A stretch of 64,000 bases of DNA from Promethearchaeota archaeon (GTDB lineage Archaea > Asgardarchaeota > Lokiarchaeia > Sigyniarchaeales > SOKP01), in NCBI GenBank assembly GCA_019058445.1, contig JAHPZA010000006.1:608001-672000 (forward strand). Reading direction: 5' to 3'. The first letter of the stretch is position 1, and each line of letters starts with the position of its first letter. Under the pieces are notes generated by a model. That model saw nothing but the letters and a program-made list of their open reading frames with translations, was not told the origin of the DNA and searched no databases. Below, one piece after another: positions 59,265 through 64,000 of this stretch. Both the position numbers and the translations under genes were made by a program.

Positions 59265-60059
59265 ATGAGCAAACTCATTGATGAATTAATGATAGACAAC
59301 ATTCGTACCGAGGGCTGTTCCATAGGAAAGGGTCTTGATAGAATAAAGATCTTAGATAAATATAATTTGCCATATGATAAAAAGGCAGACAATATTATAA
59401 TAACCGGATGTGTGGTTATATCAGTACTCCCTAAAGTTATAAAATCTTTAGCAAATATTTTCGATAAAAAAGGTTTATCTTACTCTTTTTTGTCAAAAGA
59501 ATATTGCTGCGGGAATTATCTTTATCGTCCAGCAATTAAAGCTCGTGACCAAGAAGCAATAACTGAATGCCAAATCCTTTCAAAAGAATTTATATGGAAA
59601 AATATAGAGCAAGCTAAAGAGCTTGGAGCAAAAAGATTGATAATCTTTTGTTCTCCTTGCTATCCAATTTATAAGCACGCATTTCCAGATGAAAATATTA
59701 TTTTTTACCCTGAAGCAATACATGAGGTCATGGAAAAATATAAATTCGATAATTCTATAGATTATTATGCTGGGTGTTATCGCTTACATAAAAGATTTTC
59801 TCCTGTTCCTATGGATTTAAAATCCACTAATAAGATATTTTCAAAATTAGAGGGGCTTAAAATTAACCGTATTAGCGCACCAGTATGTTGTTATAAACCC
59901 GAGGGACTCGAACACATGATTGAACATGTAAAAACAAAACAGATGATACACATCTGTACCGGTTGTTATAGTCAAGCATTAAAAATGAAACGTAAAATAA
60001 AGGAGGTAAAAATTTTAATGCTTCCCGAACTCATTGAGAGAATTATAAGCAAAAATTAA
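59265..60059 (+). CDS. CCG-domain (HdrB/GlcF-like) Fe-S protein
   Basis: TGC, EYCCG, CSPC, AGC, CC, CTGC. Confidence 0.8.
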   Translation: MSKLIDELMIDNIRTEGCSIGKGLDRIKILDKYNLPYDKKADNIIITGCVVISVLPKVIKSLANIFDKKGLSYSFLSKEYCCGNYLYRPAIKARDQEAITECQILSKEFIWKNIEQAKELGAKRLIIFCSPCYPIYKHAFPDENIIFYPEAIHEVMEKYKFDNSIDYYAGCYRLHKRFSPVPMDLKSTNKIFSKLEGLKINRISAPVCCYKPEGLEHMIEHVKTKQMIHICTGCYSQALKMKRKIKEVKILMLPELIERIISKN

Positions 60060-60063
60060 TAAG

Positions 60064-60840
60064 TTATTCTATTTGCCCAGCTTGTGGTTTAATGTATCCG
60101 AGATATGCACAAACAATCCCTAGAATGGCAAAAGCCCAAGCTAAAAAATAAAATATTGTAAATCCAGGAATCTCAAATACTAATATGAAAATTCTATCTA
60201 TTAAAAAATTTAAAAATATTAACATGTAGCTTAAAGCCATTAAAGTGAGAGAGAGAAATGCCTGTCTATAAATGGATTCTTCAACTCCTTTATATGCTTC
60301 AATTGAGCGGTACATGAATGCGATATAAATCATTGACATGAAAATTAATGTTAAGAGAAAGGCAATTGCATCAAGTAATACAGCCATAAAACCATGGACT
60401 GGTTCATATATAACCAAGTCATAAAAAGCAGTGAAACAACCAAAAATTATTACGATATATTTTTGATTTTTTTTGTAATCTTCTTGAAATATCTTCACTT
60501 TAAAGTTATATGATAACAAAATGGCAATACAGACTAAAAATTCACTCACTCTAAAGCTTAATATTCTAAAAAAAATCCAGCCTAATGGAGAATAGGGCTC
60601 CACTACCAAGTCTAATCTTAAAACTACAAACACTTTCGAAAGCAATGAAAAGAATATAGCAAGAGTATAAATAAGAAAAATTACCAATAACCTCAAGGTG
60701 AGATCATGCCGTTTTTCAAGATACTTAAACATAATAAGAATTAAAAGAATAAGTGATATTACTAATACAATTGATTCATAGATCATCCCAATAAAAAATA
60801 AATTACGTTCTTCTTCTCCACTAATTTGAAAGAATAGCAT
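60064..60840 (-). CDS. Polytopic (about 7 TM) membrane protein
   Basis: Seven hydrophobic segments ending YLGYIKP. Confidence 0.75.
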   Translation of the reverse strand: MLFFQISGEEERNLFFIGMIYESIVLVISLILLILIMFKYLEKRHDLTLRLLVIFLIYTLAIFFSLLSKVFVVLRLDLVVEPYSPLGWIFFRILSFRVSEFLVCIAILLSYNFKVKIFQEDYKKNQKYIVIIFGCFTAFYDLVIYEPVHGFMAVLLDAIAFLLTLIFMSMIYIAFMYRSIEAYKGVEESIYRQAFLSLTLMALSYMLIFLNFLIDRIFILVFEIPGFTIFYFLAWAFAILGIVCAYLGYIKPQAGQIE

Positions 60841-60901
60841 TAATTAATTTTAACGAAGTATGATTTAAAAAATGAAATAGTTTTCAAACACTCCAACGAA
60901 T

Positions 60902-61561
60902 TTATTTAATTTTTTGCATAATATAATATCCGCAATCGAATTCTTTGGGATCCTTCTTAACCATGGCTATTTCTCTCTCATGGCTTTTTAAAATTTCAAG
61001 TTCTTTAGATCCTTTATATTTTTGATGCAATTCTTTAATTCTTTCTTCTAATGGGGCATAATATTCCGTCCACCAGTATTTCTCAGGTAATAAAAAATGA
61101 TCAATAAGCTCAAAACCATAGTTCGGGAACATCTCTAATGATTTATCCATCCACTTTATCGTCTCAAACGAGACTAAAAAACCTTTAGGTTTCAAAATCC
61201 TAGAGCATTCCTTTAGGCTTTTGTTTATGTCAAGAATGTGAAGAACTCCTTCTTCCCAGAGAATGTCAAAGTTCTCATCTTGAAAATTTGTATTATATAA
61301 AGATATGTTCATTATTTTAATACGCCCTGAAAGCCCCATTCTCTCGATTTTTTTTTGTAATTTATCCAAAGCATCTTGATTAATATCGATCCCAACAATG
61401 GTTCCATTACTGAGCTTCACTAATTCTAATGTAGGTAGTCCGCTACCGCAGCCAATATCTAGTATATAGGGCTTATTTATTTTGGGTAGCATTTCATATG
61501 CTTTCTTTGTATATTTAAGAAAAATACCTCTAAACTCATCAATATTAAGTAAATCGGTCAT
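60902..61561 (-). CDS. Class I SAM-dependent methyltransferase
   Basis: LDIGCGSG, FDILWEEG, ILKPKG, WWTEYY. Confidence 0.9.
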   Translation of the reverse strand: MTDLLNIDEFRGIFLKYTKKAYEMLPKINKPYILDIGCGSGLPTLELVKLSNGTIVGIDINQDALDKLQKKIERMGLSGRIKIMNISLYNTNFQDENFDILWEEGVLHILDINKSLKECSRILKPKGFLVSFETIKWMDKSLEMFPNYGFELIDHFLLPEKYWWTEYYAPLEERIKELHQKYKGSKELEILKSHEREIAMVKKDPKEFDCGYYIMQKIK

Positions 61562-61615
61562 TATAATCTTAAATTTTTAGAAATATATATTATAAGAAAA
61601 AAAAAGTAAATTACC

Positions 61616-62653
61616 TTATTGAATGTATTTTGATGATTTTTTAAGTTGTTCCTCAGCAACTTTTACAATTGATTCTATTATATCGGGGACTTTATCGATG
61701 CTATGTATTACTCCGCAACTTTGACCTAGCGGAATCGCACCAGTAACCAAGTCACCTCTTAAATAGACCGATTCATAATGCTTTCCATCTTCAATCAACT
61801 CTTCCATCGTAAATCCATTTTCCTCAGCCATTTTTTCTTCCTTGCTATCTATGAGACCATGATGTAAAGCATATTCATTTCTCCATAATCGAATTGGTCC
61901 CAGGAAGCCCGTAACTAATATTGTATCTTCCGGATTCGCAGGAGGGACGATATCCTTGTACTTCACATGAAATTCACTTTCTTGTGAAGATATAAATCTC
62001 GAGCCCATAGCAATTGCTCCTGCTCCCAATCCCAAAGCAGCGGCAAGCCCATATCCGTTTCCAAACGCACCACAAGCGATAATGGGAATATCAGGATGTT
62101 TCTCCTTTACTTGTTGGAGAAGAACTAATGTGCCGGTCTTTTCATATGATTGATGTCCACCACCTTCACTTCCCGTCACGACCATGCCATCAACTCCTGA
62201 GGCAACACATTTGTCTGCAAGCCAAGCTGCAGGGGCAACATGGAAGTGTTTTAAATTAGTACTTTCTCTTAATTTTTGAAAATTTTTATTTTCAGGTAAT
62301 AGTCGTGCAGAACCGGCACTACTAAGAGCATAAACACATTGTTCTCTTAATTTCTGATTATCCCTAATGATTTTTGGCACTTGCCTACATAATCTTTTAG
62401 CATCATATTGCATTCTCCCAGTGCGAATGTTAAATCCAAAAGGCTTGTCAGTATGCTCAACCACATATTCCATATCTTTTTTCATTTCTTTTAAACTATC
62501 ATTCGCTAATAGGTTAGTATGACTTATCACACCCATTCCTCCAGCCTCCGACACAGCAACAGTTAATTCTTTTGTATAAAAAGGACCCATAGGTGCTGCG
62601 AAAATCGGGTGCTTAATTCCAAACATCTCGGTTATTTCAGTCTTTAAAACCAT
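61616..62653 (-). CDS. Nitronate monooxygenase / FabK-family flavin oxidoreductase
   Basis: APMG, AVSEAGGMG, GSEGGGH, MGSRF, GQSCG. Confidence 0.9.
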   Translation of the reverse strand: MVLKTEITEMFGIKHPIFAAPMGPFYTKELTVAVSEAGGMGVISHTNLLANDSLKEMKKDMEYVVEHTDKPFGFNIRTGRMQYDAKRLCRQVPKIIRDNQKLREQCVYALSSAGSARLLPENKNFQKLRESTNLKHFHVAPAAWLADKCVASGVDGMVVTGSEGGGHQSYEKTGTLVLLQQVKEKHPDIPIIACGAFGNGYGLAAALGLGAGAIAMGSRFISSQESEFHVKYKDIVPPANPEDTILVTGFLGPIRLWRNEYALHHGLIDSKEEKMAEENGFTMEELIEDGKHYESVYLRGDLVTGAIPLGQSCGVIHSIDKVPDIIESIVKVAEEQLKKSSKYIQ

Positions 62654-62861
62654 TTTTTAACACCTTTTTTCACTTAAAATATTATTATAATTATGATAAA
62701 GTGAAAGGTATAAGGCTTAAAAATTTTGATCAAATCCTTAGGTATAGTTAATTAGCAGCAATAATAAATATTTATGAGAATTTAACCAATTATATCTTCC
62801 AAAAATCGCTCAAAAGAGAATTATGAAAATTTTTAAGAAATAAAGAAAGAAAATTATGTCT

Positions 62862-64000
62862 TTATCCAGTATGATTTATGATTTTAGGTTTACTTAAGAC
62901 AAATCCGCACTTCGGACAAATTCTATGTAACCGATATTCTTGCATGCTGCTGAAAAAACTTGAACCTAAGATCCCCGCAGGTAACGTAAATAATGCAACT
63001 CCTAGAAAAGCAAAACAGATGGTTAGGAATCTGCCGGCCGTTGTCACTGGATATACATCACCAAACCCAGTTGTAGTAAAGGTAACAATGCCGAACCATA
63101 AAGTTGCTGGAATACTTGCAAATTTTTCAGGCTGGGCATTATGTTCAAAATAATAGATTGCTGTAGAACTGAATATGAGAAATAGGATACATATGAAAAT
63201 TGTGCTTAAAAATTCTCTTTTAGTATCTTTGAATATTAAGCCAGATATACTAAATACGTCTATAAAATGTCCAACTTTAAATACTACAACCATCAATAGA
63301 ATTAAGAAAAACTGCCGCGTTGTAGGTACTAACTGACCCGGAATTAACATAAGATACAAAGCAATAATCACGATAACATCCACTATAGCGAGTGGACTTT
63401 TGACGAAATTCCATTTCCCTTGAACAGGATCTTGATATTCTTCCCGTTCTGAACCTTCACAGCTCCAAAATCGTAGAGCATATTCTGAGGTAAACACTAT
63501 TATAGAAATTATATACACAGTATTTAATACAGATCTTAGTTCTTCGGATAGTATAGGATTAGTTTCAACCATAATTGCCAACACATTAAGCGTTATAAAA
63601 GTCATAAAGAAAATAAAGACCAATAACTGTCCCAAACTTCTAGGAAAAGCGAATTGCACTAAATCATAATATCTACGCTTGGTTTGTTGCTGGGGTGTTA
63701 ATTTTGGTAATTCCTTAGCTTTTTCTGCTTCTAAGGCTTGTTTAATTATCTTAGGAAGCCTCCCCCTCCTTTTCTTATACAAGTCCCTAAACAATGCTTC
63801 TTTTTGAATTGTGGTATTACAATTTGGACAAACCTCATACTGTGGATTTCTTTCTCTAAGTTCATCAATATATCCTGAACCAATGACAGATGCAGGTAAT
63901 AAAAACAATGTGATACCTAAGACTGATATAACTGCTGATATTATTTTACCCATAACGGTCTTCGGAACCATCTCTCCGTATCCGATTGTGAAAAGATTTA
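62862..64000 (-). CDS. K+ channel with two pore modules (5' truncated)
   Basis: Frame continues to window edge as NLFTIGYGEMVP (first filter); second pore TTTGFGDVYP; CPNC and CPKC after each module. Confidence 0.85.
   Translation of the reverse strand, partial: NLFTIGYGEMVPKTVMGKIISAVISVLGITLFLLPASVIGSGYIDELRERNPQYEVCPNCNTTIQKEALFRDLYKKRRGRLPKIIKQALEAEKAKELPKLTPQQQTKRRYYDLVQFAFPRSLGQLLVFIFFMTFITLNVLAIMVETNPILSEELRSVLNTVYIISIIVFTSEYALRFWSCEGSEREEYQDPVQGKWNFVKSPLAIVDVIVIIALYLMLIPGQLVPTTRQFFLILLMVVVFKVGHFIDVFSISGLIFKDTKREFLSTIFICILFLIFSSTAIYYFEHNAQPEKFASIPATLWFGIVTFTTTGFGDVYPVTTAGRFLTICFAFLGVALFTLPAGILGSSFFSSMQEYRLHRICPKCGFVLSKPKIINHTG

Noticed and set aside
407-63153. Many 60-155 aa ORFs antisense or nested in long genes (e.g. 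407..622, 29749..30216, 45082..45516, 62878..63153)
   Set aside because: Shadow ORFs of well-supported genes

Overview
AT-rich (roughly 30% GC by eye) prokaryotic DNA. Gene content (near-canonical actin, Rab/MglA-like small GTPases, roadblock domains, a profilin-like domain, an SMC5/6-like complex, W-AOR, GGAGGTGA-type RBSs, TTTAAA TATA boxes) points to an Asgard archaeon, most likely Lokiarchaeia; this is inferred from content, not a marker gene. Main blocks: (1) 1-6.3 kb, small-GTPase and roadblock domains fused to DNA-binding domains; (2) 12.6-18.5 kb, operon of a degenerate AAA+, SMC5/6-like ATPase, kleisin and Nse1-like KITE; (3) 19.8-26.1 kb, an ArsR-linked arsenic operon (DUF166, acr3, arsM) continuing into a SAM-methyltransferase::HgcA-like fusion, an HgcB-like ferredoxin, a Cys-rich small protein and a ubiquitin-like protein; (4) 28-34 kb, W/Mo oxidoreductases; (5) 34-40 kb, TrmB regulators, one with an N-terminal profilin-like domain, next to actin; (6) 40-50 kb, a mosaic of small genes, pseudogenes and short duplications; (7) metabolic and transport genes ending in a truncated tandem-pore K+ channel. 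The strongest hidden signal is in block 3: the apparent stop of the ubiquitin-like gene is TGT-TGA-TGA, followed by 37 more open codons and then an AUGA/GA kink-turn SECIS-like hairpin, suggesting an unannotated C-U-U selenoprotein. No rRNA, tRNA, CRISPR array or intact transposase was recognised. All family calls are from motif recognition by eye, without database searches.
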